Source: the human T2T-CHM13v2.0 reference genome, Homo sapiens. From it: DNA of 64,000 nt. The notes beneath the pieces were generated by a model. That model was not told where the DNA came from. It saw nothing but the letters and a program-made list of their open reading frames with translations, and made no database searches. Location of the stretch: NCBI RefSeq assembly GCF_009914755.1, contig NC_060941.1; one strand, given 5' to 3'. Positions 36,021-51,241 of this stretch are shown here, piece by piece. The position numbers were made by a program, and so were the translations under genes. Numbering within the stretch: the first letter of the stretch is position 1; each line of letters begins with the position of its first letter.

Positions 36021-36339
36021 TCTAAATCTAAACAATAGTTATGAAATGTTAACTTGAGATGAATCTATTGGAATTATTCAGATACTTCCAATAATGGATC
36101 ATGAGAACCAAGAAAGGCCCTAGAATTTATCCTGATCTTCGTAGGATTTTCCCAAGGGTAGAAATGATGATGAACTGGGTGACCGTTCACAAAGGAGAGA
36201 GGATTCCCAGCCCCCAAGCCTGAAGCCTTCCCCTCAATCACCCTCAGTCACCATCTTCTGTGGGTCGACCAGATGCACAGACTGTTCTCAGCCATCCCTG
36301 TGGTTCTTACGGCAATGTCTAGCTGTGGGACTGCACTGG

Positions 36340-36476
36340 TGCTTCGATGGCTCATAGAAGCCCCATATAAGGCACTGCTCCTGTGGGATGTGCCTGTCAA
36401 ACCTGCTTGTCCACTGCCGTTCAGTTCAGCCAGAGATTGGGCCACATTCAGTCCTCGCTTCCCTGGGAGGGGGAAG
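36340..36476 (+). promoter_or_regulatory. CARD14: Probable CARD14 upstream promoter and short non-coding exon 1 (donor at 36476/36477)
   Basis: Perfect AAG|gtaagt donor; CArG box CCATATAAGG at 36363-36372; position fits my recollection of the long CARD14 transcript; TSS not determinable from sequence. Confidence 0.65.
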
Positions 36477-37183
36477 GTAAGTGCGCGCAGTCCATCCGGC
36501 GAAGAGCAGGTCAGCCTACGGAGGGCTCAGCCTACGGAGGGGCTCAGCCGACACAGGTCTGATGGGGCCCGAGAGTGGTCCCAGGGGAGTGGGAGGGGCC
36601 GGCATCTTCCTCATCAGGAGTGGAGGAGCTGCCTTGTATGTGGACTAGAGAGCAGAAAACGGCTTGTCTGTGTTGCTGGGTCAATCACTGGAACATTCTC
36701 TGAATGCTGAGTTCTGCCTTAAAACAGCACGGGTCATGCTAGATGAAAGGGATCTCTGTTTTATACTCTCATCTCTTCGCTATTGCCGTGGGATGAAAGA
36801 CAGCAGAAGGAAGGTGTCTAAGTTCAGAACAAAGTGAGCAAGACCAGCTGGCTGCTGTTGGTAGCAGAGGCACAGCCAGCCTGTCATGGCACTGGGGGGC
36901 CGAGGTGAGCTGTGCCCCCTCCTCCTGGGCTTGTGACCCTCTGCCCCCCATGGGGTATGTACATGTGTGTGTGTGCGTGTGCGTGTGTGTATGTGTACAT
37001 GCCTTCTTCCCTACTTCACTGGCAAGGGAAGAGACTGACACTTGGGTTAGGAGAAGGATGTTGACCTGGGAGGGGTCAAATAAGGAGAACCCACATCTTA
37101 GATGCTCAGGATTTTATGATCTTAGGCTCTTCTAGAATTGCTGTACAGTTAGATTCAGAGTTTGGAATTAGAGATCTCTGGGC

Positions 37184-37290
37184 CCTCCCCTCCCCTCCCG
37201 TCCCCTCCCCTCCCGTCCCCTCCCCTCCCGTCCCCTCCCCTCCGCTCCCCTCCCCTCCTCTCCCCTCTCCTCCCCTCCCCTCTTCTCTCC
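37184..37290. repeat. (CCCCT)n-type polypyrimidine repeat at an Alu tail; a second (TTCC)n/(CT)n tract at about 37585-37760
   Basis: Direct reading. Confidence 0.9.
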
Positions 37291-37324
37291 TTTTTCAGAA
37301 GTCTCCCTCTGTCGCCCAGGCTAG

Positions 37325-37483
<159 letters not shown>

Positions 37484-39327
37484 TAGGCTGGTCTCAAACT
37501 CCTGACTTCAGGTAATCCGCCCATCTTGGTCTCCCAAAGTGCTGGGATTACGGGCGTGAGCCACGGCTCCTGGCGCCTTCCCATTCACCTTCCCCTTCCC
37601 CTCCCCTTCCTCCCTCCCTCCCTCCCTCCCTTCCTTCCTTCCTTCCTTCCTTCCTTCCTTCCTTCCTTCTCTCTCTCCTTCCCTTCCTTCCTCTCTCTTT
37701 CTTTTCTTCTTTTCTTTCTTTCTTTCTCTCTCTCTCTCTTTCTTTCTTTTCCTTTTTTTGAGCCAGGGTCTTGCTCTGTCACCCAGGCTGGAGGGCAGTG
37801 GCACAATCATAGCTCACTGCAGCCTTGAACTCTTGAGCTCAAGCAATCCTCCTGCCTTGGCCTCCAAAGTGCTGGGATTACAGGCCTGAGCCACTGTGCC
37901 CAGCCCTAAGGTTTTTTGTTTTGTTTTGTTTTGTTTTACTGTTAGGACTAACCCTTATTTACACTGGGACAAGTTACAAAGAAACTCCTGCAATTGTTAA
38001 CTGCCATTGGAGACTACTGTAAGTTGCTTCATGGCAACTGCAGAAGGGACTAGTGACTTCTATTTAGCTCCACCCACTGATGCTTGAAGTTCAGTGTGGC
38101 TCTGGGGGCTCCAGAAGCCTGAGGGGCAGCTGGCTGGGGCAGTTGGCTGGGGTCTGGAGAGTTCTGCAGAGCCCCTGTCTTCAGCTGCTGGTGAGGCAGC
38201 TTTGGCTTGAGCTGCCCTGGCTTTCTGAGTTCAGTCTGATGGGAGGGCACAGTCAGCACCCTCAGACCCTCCTCAGGAGTCTTGTGAGGCTCGGGCAAGT
38301 CAGGGGCAGAGGGACAATCCAACTAGAGGACCCTCCCAGACCCGGTCGTTGCCACCTGGACCCAGCCCCAGGAAGGCAACCGAGAAACCTGTAGTCCTCG
38401 GCTGACCACCAGTCCTGGTCCTCAGGATATCCGCAGAGACCTGGCTGTCCAGAACTCCCAGGGTTTCAGCTGCAAGCTGGAGATGTGGCCCCTTGGCAAC
38501 TCGATATAGTAAGATACTGGAGAGCGTGCCAGAGTGTCATTTGCTAGAAACAAACATTATACTGCGGTAAGCCCTAGTTTTTCAGTCATTGGCTCTTTGG
38601 CACCAACTTAATCACAAGGCCATTGGCCCCAAAGAAAGGCCTTGTAGGCGACTGTTTAGGGACACCTGTATTTTCCATCTGCCTTGGAACCTCTAGGCTC
38701 AGGCCGAATGCCTATTGAAGTAGATGTTTCGTAAGAGATTTGGGGGCAAATACTGGGATTTTATAAAGATGCTGCACTCTCCTTCACTAAGTAGAAAGCT
38801 GAGAAATCCTGCCCTGAGGGGAAGAAACAGTTGTCTTCCTGACTGATGCATCCTAGACCAGCCAAGACTTCCTCCCGCTTTCCTTCTTCTAGAACTTTCC
38901 CCACTTCAGCCAGTATCTGTCATCCCCTGGGCTCCCACCCTCTCCATGTGCCGCTTTCATCGGGGCTGAGGGGAGCAGGAGAGGAGACGTTTCTGCTGGT
39001 GTCCCCGCTGTAGCTGGAGGAGCTCGGCGTCGGCGTGCCTTCGCCTCCCCTTCCCATGATGCCCCCTAAACCGAGTCTGTATTGAGAGAGAAAGGTGGCA
39101 CCGTTGATCATTACTCCAGGACAAGAGTCATAAAAGGACTGTCCCAGACAACCTAGGACCCCAGTGTTCTGTGGCGAACACTTCTAGGATGAGGCCCATC
39201 TCCTTCTCTGTTTCATCAATTGGATTAATTTTATTGTTTTCTAAAATAATGACTATGGTTTTTATTGAACCCATACTTGCTTATTCTAAACATTCTTTTT
39301 TTTTTTTTTTTTTTTTTTTTGAGGTAG

Positions 39328-39650
<323 letters not shown>

Positions 39651-39719
39651 GTGAGGAGTGTTCCAGAATCCCTCTGCTCTCTGCCTCTCCATTTCTCTCC
39701 CCCTCTCTTTCTCTCTCAT

Positions 39720-39720
<1 letters not shown>

Positions 39721-39755
<35 letters not shown>

Positions 39756-39766
39756 GCGCGCGCGCG
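39721..39766. repeat. (CA)16(CG)7 compound microsatellite
   Basis: Direct count. Confidence 0.95.
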
Positions 39767-39987
39767 GAATGACAGGACAGACTGATCGGCAGATTGGATG
39801 AATGGATGGATGGGCACATAGATTGAGGGACTCCCAGAGATAAACTAACACCATTTTATAAAAATGGTATCATATTCTACATGATTGAAATGTAAACTTT
39901 TAATTTTACTTAAATTTTAGTTCAGCTCAGATGTTGCTGGCAAAAGTTTTTTTTTATTATTTTTATTTTTTATGTACTGCTCCTTGA

Positions 39988-40257
<270 letters not shown>

Positions 40258-40547
40258 TGATCTGCCCACCTCGGCCTCCCAAAGTGCTGGGATTACAGGC
40301 GTGAACCATCGCGCCCAGCCAAAAAATATTTTTTAATTGTTAAAAATAATAATGGAATGCCAAATGTAGTAGAACAGTTTCACAATGACAAGAACTATTA
40401 GTTCCTAAAAAATCCCCAAGATTCAGATAAGAGATTACAAAAACCTTGATAAATTAGTGACATTATGTAAAATCAACAGTGCTGGGTTTGGTGGCTCAGA
40501 CCTGTAATCATTGCACTTAGGGAGGCAGAGGCGGGAGGAGTGCTTGA

Positions 40548-40976
<429 letters not shown>

Positions 40977-41274
40977 TGATGCCTTCCTTCCCCTACCCCC
41001 TACCCCGATTTCTACTGCTTGCATTATTTCTTAGGGTAAAGAATCTTCTTATTTGGCTGGAAGACTCTATTCCCACCGTAGTTTAGTCCTGGATGTGTGA
41101 TTAAAGAAATCCAGTGGTTGCCCTGCGCTGAGAAGGACAGCCGGGCCTGGGTTCTCTCCTGGCTCAGTACAGCCCCCTCCCCACTCCTGCTGAGGACTCC
41201 CAGGGAAGCTGGAGGCAGCTCTGGGGCGTTTTCTCTGACTTCCCTAGACTTCTCTTCAGCTGCCCAAACAGTAG

Positions 41275-41565
<291 letters not shown>

Positions 41566-42557
41566 TAATTTTTGTATTTTTTGTAGAGACAGGGTTTCGC
41601 CATGTCACCCAGGCTGGTCTTGAACTCCTGGGCTCAAGCGATCTGCCTGCCTCAGCCTCCCAAAGTTCTGGGATTGCAGGTGTGAGCCACCATGCCCGGC
41701 CTGCTATTTTTCAGTTTGTGGCAGAAAAGTTGTTTTCCTTTCCTCATTTTGTGGTTGCTGCTTTATTCACTTATTTATTTTTTTAACTTTTTAAAACGCA
41801 ACATTTGGTTCATTTCACCAGGAGCTGGGGAGGGAGGTACAGGAGGCTGCCCTGATCCTTTGTTGGGTTTGATCTGGAGACTTTGACGTGACAGAGCGAC
41901 TGCGCCCACTGGTTGTCCTCTAAGAAGGCGTGAGGGGAAGCCCAGACGCCTCTGCAGGAGCCAGAGACATTCCTAGGGGGTCACAGGGTCAGCTGAGGTG
42001 AACAGGGATTCTGGAATGAGGAAGCCAAGGGGATGGAAGGGAGGAGGCTGGCAGGGAAACGCCCAGAGCACGTGCTCCTGCCCGACACCTCCAGGCAGAG
42101 AACAGGAGCTGGCAAGAGAGGAACCCCGCTTGTGGTGGGGACGCTGAACAGGCAGGGCCTGGCTGGGATGGGGGCCCAGCCTAGGCTGAAAACGAAGAGA
42201 AAGGAAAGTGGGTGCCAGTGTCCCACGTACTGTGGACCCCCAGCCCTGGCCCTGGGGTGGCAGGGGCAGAACCGGGCACTGCAGGGACCTCCTCAGCCCA
42301 CCCTCCTCCTGCTTCCTGGCAGGGATGAGAGAGGGAAGCAGGAGGCAGGGTGGGATTGCCAGCTGCTCTCGGATCGTTTTTTTTTTTTTTTTTTTTTTTT
42401 TTTAGAGACGGGATCGTGCTATGTTGCTAGGCTAGTCTTGAACTCCTGGGCTCAAGCGATCCTCCTGCCTCTGCCTTCCAAATTACAGGCATGAGCCACT
42501 GCACCAAGCCTGGATCTTTTTTTTTTTTTTTAAACAACTTTGTTGAGATATAACTCA

Positions 42558-42674
<117 letters not shown>

Positions 42675-43998
42675 TTACAAAAAACAACAACAACAAAAAA
42701 AATGAGCCTGGCATGGTGGCACATATCTGTATTCCCAGATACTCCGGAGGCTAAGGTAGAGGATCACTTAAGCCCAGAAGACGGATGTTGCCGTGAGCTG
42801 AGATTGCACCATTGCACTCCAGCCTGAGCAACAGAGCAAGACCTTGTCTCAAAAAAAAAAAAAAAAAAAAGGAAGAGCTATAACCCATACGGCACACAAT
42901 TCACCCGTTTAAGATGCTTCTAGTGTATTCACAGATGTGTGCAATCGCCGCCACAGTTAACTTTAGGACATTCCATCATCTGTAAAGGAAACATCCCCTA
43001 CCTTTAGCTACCATCCTGACATCCTGATAGACAGGGGGCCTGAAGACCCCTCGGTGATGCAGGGCAGGGCTGGAGTGGGGGCCCTGGGCTGACTTTATTG
43101 CTCGCTATTGCTGCCTTGAAATTCTGAATACGTTTTTAAAACAAACGCACCATCCTTTCATTTTGCCCTGAGCTCCACAGACGATATAGCTGGTCCTGAA
43201 GTGGGGCAGAGGATCATTCTGACTTGGAGTCAGACTCTAGCGACGCAGGCTTCTACTGGGTGGAGGCCCAGGAGCTCAGGAGCCTTCTGTGGGAGTGTGC
43301 CCATTGGCAGCGCATCCCTGGAGATGGACGGACAATTTCCACATCGCCTTTGCCCCTGTGCACGCTCCCTCTGGCTGCCGTCATAAATTACCACAAACTG
43401 GGTGGCTTAAAACAACAGAAATGTATTTGCTCATGGTTCTGGAGGCCAGAAGTCCACACTCCAGGGGTGAGCAGGGCCGCACCCCCATGAAGGCTCCAGG
43501 GAGGGTCTGCTTCATGCCTTCTCTTGAGTTTCTAGTGTTGCCACCGACCCTTGGCGTGTCACTCCAGTCTCGGCCTCTGCCAACATGGGGTGATCATGGG
43601 GTGTCTAGGCCTAGGGCCCTTCTCCTCCTCTTCTTCTTCTTCTTTCTTTTTTTTTTAAGACAGGGTCTTGCTCTGTCGTCCAGGCTGGAGTGGAGTGGCA
43701 CTACCTCAGCTCTGCAACCTACACCTCCCAGGCTCAAGCGATCCTCCCACCTCAGCCTCCTAAGTAGCTGCGACTACAGGTGTGCACCACAACACCTGGC
43801 TAATTAAAAAAAAAATTTTTTTAGGCCAGGTGCAGTGGTTCATGCCTGTAATCCCAGCACTTTGGGAGGCCGAGGCAGGCGGATCACTTGAGGTCAGGAG
43901 ATCGAGACCAGCCTGGCCAACATGGTGAAACCTTGTCTCTACTAAAAATAAAGAATTAGCTGGGCATGGTGGCATGCACCTGTGATCCCAGATACTCA

Positions 43999-44172
<174 letters not shown>

Positions 44173-44917
44173 TCAAACTCCTGAGCTCAAGCAATCTGCC
44201 CGCCTTGGCCTTTCAAAGTGTGGGATTACAGGCATGAGCCACCACACCCAGCCCTTCTCCTCTTGTTATAAGGGCACCCATCCCTGGACTAGGGCCCACC
44301 CTAATGACCTCAACTTGATTACATTGGCAGAGACTTATTCCCAAATGAGGTCCTACTTACAGGTACTGGGGGTCAAGACTTCAGCATTCTTTTGCGGGGG
44401 GCCACAATCAGTGACACCCTGACTCGCAAGCCTCAATCACCTGTTCCAGTGAGAAACAGGACTGAGATCACAAGGAATGAGGCAGAGCTGCCCTCGATTG
44501 GTTCTCCTCTCCTCCTCACCTGCCCACCCCGGCCTCTGCGCCCGTCACTGTCCTCTCCAGCTGTTCTTCCTTCCGGGCAAGGAGACTCAGCAGAAGGGTA
44601 TGAGTGGCCTGGCCCTGTGGGGAGCCGCAGACAGGCCTGTGGGTGCTTTGGATAACTACTGCGCCTGTCAACTCTCCTTGGTAGTCTAGGGTTCAAAGCC
44701 CAGGTCCATTCTAGAAGTCTGCTTCCAAGCGCTAAGGAAGCTTCAATAGTTACTGGGAAAACCACAGGGGTCAAAGGTCCGTCGAGTTATTTCCCGGATC
44801 CGAGTCTGACGTCTTTTCCCCGCCGCTTGCGGTGGTTGTGACCGAACCTTGAGTTTTGGAACAGGTCACATGGCTTTGAAATCACGGTCAATTCACCTGG
44901 TGCTGCTTTGACTTCAG

Positions 44918-45065
44918 GCTCTTCCTTCTGCCCAGCTCCGTCCCACCCAGCAGCCCGCAGAGAAAGGAGGCAGCTGGCACCACACTGGGCTTTGGAGACA
45001 CTGCGGGGACTGTGGACCCCACCCTGCTGCACGGAGCTCCTGCAAAAGCAAACCTGAGAACCTTG
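44918..45065 (+). other. CARD14: Probable CARD14 5'UTR exon 3 (148 nt)
   Basis: tttgacttcag acceptor; TTG|gtgagt donor. Confidence 0.7.
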
Positions 45066-45168
45066 GTGAGTACTTCCGGAGACCCGGCTCCTGGGACGGC
45101 TTCTGGCGCTGCTCCTGCACACACAACTCTCCAACGATCATTTTCCATGTTTTATTTTTATCTTTTAA

Positions 45169-45483
<315 letters not shown>

Positions 45484-45513
45484 TGATTTGCTCTGATTTT
45501 CAAGTATTTTTAG

Positions 45514-45711
45514 CATACAGATCCCTGCAAGAGGCATCTGTCTCCAGTGGTCCAGCCTCTCCTTCCAAATGAAAAGAATCAAGTCACAGGAATTCATGGG
45601 TCTGTAAGGAATCGCTCCCATCTGTGCCCAGGAGATTAACAAAGGCGGTGGCTGCAGCTCTGTGAGCAGTGGAGAAAAATTAGGCACAACCTGATATCCT
45701 CCCACAGGAGC
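45514..45711 (+). other. CARD14: Probable CARD14 5'UTR exon 4 (198 nt)
   Basis: tatttttag acceptor; AGC|gtaagt donor. Confidence 0.65.
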
Positions 45712-47734
45712 GTAAGTCCACTGTGGTTATTCATATCATTAAATCCAGTGCACAGTTTAAAGGACCATGCATGTATCAAGCTGCATGTATCAGTATGAGA
45801 AACCTCAGAAGCCGTACAGCCTTGCACAGAACGATAGTTTCTGTGAAGTTCCAGCTAACACTGAAGGCACTGTTGATGTAAAGCTGCTGTCTGCACGAAG
45901 TATCATGCAAAGATGCTATGTACTGTTTATACACACTTCCATTTGTAGGAAATGATTTTTAAAATATCATTTTTAGGCTGGACTGTAATCCCAGCACTTT
46001 CAGAGGCTGAGGTAGACAGATCACCTGAGCCCAGAAGTTCGAGACCAGCCTGAGCAACATACGGAGATTCCATCTCTACAAAAATTAAAAAAGAAGCCAG
46101 GCATGGTGGCGCATGCCTGCGGTCTCAGCTACTTGAGAGGCTGAGGTGGGAGGATTGCTTGGGTCTGGGAGCTCAAGGCTGCAGTGAGCCACGATCACGC
46201 TACTGCGTTCCAGCCTGGGCAACAGAGTGAGACCCTACCTCAAAAAAAATCATTTTTAAATGATTTTAGAATGTCTGGCCAGAGAGGGAGGGAAGAGGGA
46301 CTGAAGAGAACAAAAAGGCGCCATCTGCCTCGCATTTCCTTAAAAAGAAACCTGAAGTGCAGAATGTCAAGATGGTTGAATCCGCATGGTAGATATGTGG
46401 ATATTTGTTATTTGCAGGATTTTTTAATATGCTGAAAACAGTGCACAGTTTTAAAACATTTTAAAATTATTTAGATGGATTAATGGGCTAATGGCCTCAT
46501 GTTGATGCCAGAGAGGGGCTCAGGCAGGGGCACAGTGGGGTACACAGCTCATCTCTCGCTGGGATGGGAGGCTGGGCAGGTGACGGCTGAGGACCTCCAA
46601 CAGCTCTTAGAGTCTGCACTAGCCAGCATGTCCCCTGAAGAGCAGGTGTTCCGGGCTGTAACGGCGACCTGCTTCGTGTATTCTGTCCAGACAGACCTGG
46701 GCTTGGGACATCAGCCCTGGTGGTGGCCCCAGATCAGCTGCAGCTCAGCCCTTTCGGGGACCTGTCCACCCTCTGTCTGCCTCGCCATCTTTGTAAGCCC
46801 ACACCCCCCGCAGCCGAGCCGTGCTGGCCGTTACTACCCTGAAGTGTCTTCTGCGAGGCACTTGTGCCCAGTGTCACTCCCCAGCACATTTCCCTCATGT
46901 GGAGTCCTCTGCGCAGTCCTCTGTGTCACTGTCCTGGGCCGCTGCAAACAAGGGACCACCTGCTGCGTAGTTGAAAACAATGGGAACTTTTTTTTTTGTT
47001 TTTTTAGACAGAGTCTTGCTCTGTTGCCCAGGCTGGAGTGCAGTGGCACGATCTCGGCTCTAGAGAAGCCGACAGTCTTGCTTCTAATGAAAATTACCTT
47101 TCATAAAGAACATATAAAGCAGCATTTCCAAAGTGCAGCACCCCTACTGTTATTTGTTTGTTTGTTTGTTTGTTTGTGTGTTTGTTTACCGGGACAGGGT
47201 CTCCCTCTGTCACCCAGGCTGGAGTGCAGTGGCACAATCTCAGCTCACCACAACCTCTGTATCCCAGGCTCAAGTGATCCTCCTGCCTCAGCCTCCTAAG
47301 TAGCTGGGATTGCAGGTGCATACCACCATGCCTGACTAATTTTTGTATTTTTAGTAGAGACAGGGTTTCACCATATTTGCCAGGCTGGTCTCGAACTCCT
47401 AGGCTTGAGCAATCCTTCCCCCTTCGCCTCTCAAAGTGCTGGGATTATAGGCGTGAGCCAATACGCCTAGCCTACTACCATTATTTTAGATGAATTTCTA
47501 AAAAAAAAAAAAAGTATTTATTTACTTTAATTTTTTAGAAAAAGCTGTAACTGACACAACAAAGTGTGATTTAGTGACTTTATTGCTTAGGATTGGGGTA
47601 GAGCAGGTGGGGCCGTGGCACTCAACCTTACACAGAGGGAGAAACCAGAATGGCAAATGGCCACTGGAATGCTTCCTCTGCCGTAAACATCTCAAGACTG
47701 TGGGTTCTGACTGGCAAAGAGTGCGCCTTGCTAA

Positions 47735-48163
<429 letters not shown>

Positions 48164-49062
48164 TAAAAACACTTGCTGTTGCCTTTAGGGCCCACCTGGA
48201 TAACCAGGATGATCTGATCTTGAAATCATTAACTTATATCTGCAAAGGCCCTTTTCCCAAAAAAGGTCATCTGGACAGGTTCCAGGTGGATGTGTCTTTG
48301 AAGGGGAACCACCATTCACACCACTACAGCTGTCTTTGGAGTCCATTCTGATGGTCTGACTAGTGTTTATTCATTAAAAAATGGGGATGGTAATGGCTTT
48401 ACTGTATACGGTTGTTAGGAGAAGCAAATGAGTTACTGTTTATAAAACACTCACTGCAAAGCTGGGGCCATAGAAAACAGGCAGTAGGTGGTAGCTGTCA
48501 ACATGATAATGTTCATGCATGTTGGCGTACGAACCCCAAACACAGGAGAGATTGATGCACGCTGGTCATTCTGGCTGAGAGAGATGGGCTCTGGGCCCTG
48601 GGCGTGGAAGGCCCCGAGGCTCTCTGGGACCTGTCACCCGCAGCCCCGGGGTGCCACTCTGCTTTCTGTGCGCAGCTCCAAAGCTGACAGCACCGTGGTG
48701 GGACCCTGCGTCTGCATCACCCACCAGCTTGCCAGGGAGGTGCTTGCAAGCAGGGACCCACCTCCTCACCCCGTCCCGGTCCCCCCGCACTCGCCAGAGC
48801 ACTGGGGTTGCAGTAGTTGCTCGATACATGCCAGCTTTGCCCTTCTCGAGTCTGACTGAGGTCATGGGGGTAAAGGGAGCCTGTGAGAGCAGTGAGGGCG
48901 CATCCCACCCAGCAGAACCCAGAAAACCGCTTTCACCTCCCGATTCTTACATGTGCGGGGGGTTTCCCAGCCCCAGGCCTCTCCCCCGTGGGGAAGCCAG
49001 CCAGGGAGCCCAGCCCCCTTGGTAGCTGGGTTCTGCCCAGACAGACGGTTCTGCCTCCCAAG

Positions 49063-49200
49063 GGCACTTGCTGGATTTGCTGAAGACTCGAGGGAAGAAC
49101 GGGGCCATCGCCTTCCTGGAGAGCCTGAAGTTCCACAACCCTGACGTCTACACCCTGGTCACCGGGCTGCAGCCTGATGTTGACTTCAGTAACTTTAGCG
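49063..49200 (+). CDS. CARD14: CARD14 coding exon 2 ([14 protein letters not shown]...DFSNFS/G), c.212-349
   Basis: aag acceptor; G|gtgaga donor; C-terminal part of the CARD. Confidence 0.98.
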
Positions 49201-50048
49201 GTGAGAGCTCCGACTTTGACGGTTTGGCAGGCACTTCTAGGAACCTCAGGCTCCTGGTAACCCCAGGTGCCCCGCTTACTTGCCGATTTGCCCTACTCCC
49301 CCTTCCCTCCAGGCTGCAGTTCCTGTCCCAGCCCCAGCACTCTGAGGGTGAGGAACCCCCTCACTGTATTGGTGTTGGATAGGATAAGGAGCCCCTGGGC
49401 CTTGACTCTGAAGGGTCGGTCCTTAGTTACCCAGTGCCAAAAGGAGACCCCTGAGCGGTAGGGTGGGGAGAATCTGCTTGGAGAGACACAAGCAAAGGGC
49501 AAGGGAGTGTCTCCTGGAGTCCGCCTTTAACCTTGCGGCTTTGCTGGAGGGGCCAGAACGGCCCAGCCTCAGCTCTTAGGAGGCGACAGAGCGGCCCCGG
49601 CCAGAGGGTACAGGGCCTTGGCAGGGCCGCGGAGCCTTCTGTGCACTGCTCACCATTTTCCTTCAGGGAGTAATTCTAGGCTTCCCTGGAGGAGCTGTTG
49701 AAAGATTTAGGTATTGAAAGGAGCAGGAGCAGGACTCACACGACCCAAAACAGTGGAGAATAGACCATTTTCCCTGTGTTCCAGCACGGTGTGTGTTTAT
49801 GTTCTTTAGAGTTCTAGTACGCGGATTCGTATTCTTTTTTTATCTTTTTCTCAGGATAACGTTAAAATGAGTTAGCACTGAGTGCATTTCAGCTACCGAG
49901 GAGGGTCATTAAGTCTGAACAGTGGGGTCTCACGGGGAAGGTCAGAGTGGGTAACCCTCGTGCCAAAATCGGGAGTCACGCTGTTTATTCAACCAAAAGA
50001 CCAAGTCTGCTTGAGGTCCAGGAGCTTTTAAGGAGACCAGCAGGTTAA

Positions 50049-50753
<705 letters not shown>

Positions 50754-51009
50754 TAACACTTCCCTGCCCCGAGAGCCTTGGCTGAGACCCCTCTGGGAAG
50801 CTGATCCTTCCCCTCCCCAGGAGGCCACCCAGGCCCCTCTGTGTAGCCTGCATGGCGACGAGGTGTGCCTCGTCCAGTAGCTGCCCGTGGCCTGGCTGGC
50901 TTGTCTGTGAACTGCCCATCCTGCTGACGCCTGGGCAGGTCTGGACACACTCTGGGCTGCATATTTGTAGGGCCGCCTACGTCCCACTGCCCAGCTGCGG
51001 CAGTGACAT

Positions 51010-51241
51010 GGGATAGTCGGCCTCTGTCATCCTCCTTTGTCCTTCTCAGCTGGTCCTGGACTCAGGCGGGATAGTTGGTCTCTGTCGTCCTCCTTTGTCC
51101 TTCTCAGCTGGTCCTGGACTCAGGCGGGATAGTTGGTCTCTGTCGTCCTCCTTTGTCCTTCTCAGCTGGTCCTGGACTCAGGCGGGATAGTTGGTCTCTG
51201 TCGTCCTCCTTTGTCCTTCTCAGCTGGTCCTGGACTCAGGC
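51010..51241 (+). repeat. 58-bp minisatellite, 4 units
   Basis: Unit starts at 51010, 51068, 51126 and 51184; last three identical. Confidence 0.95.

Noticed and set aside
46499-47299. 266-aa ORF, the longest in the window
   Set aside because: No recognisable domain; it runs through intronic sequence into two Alu fragments.
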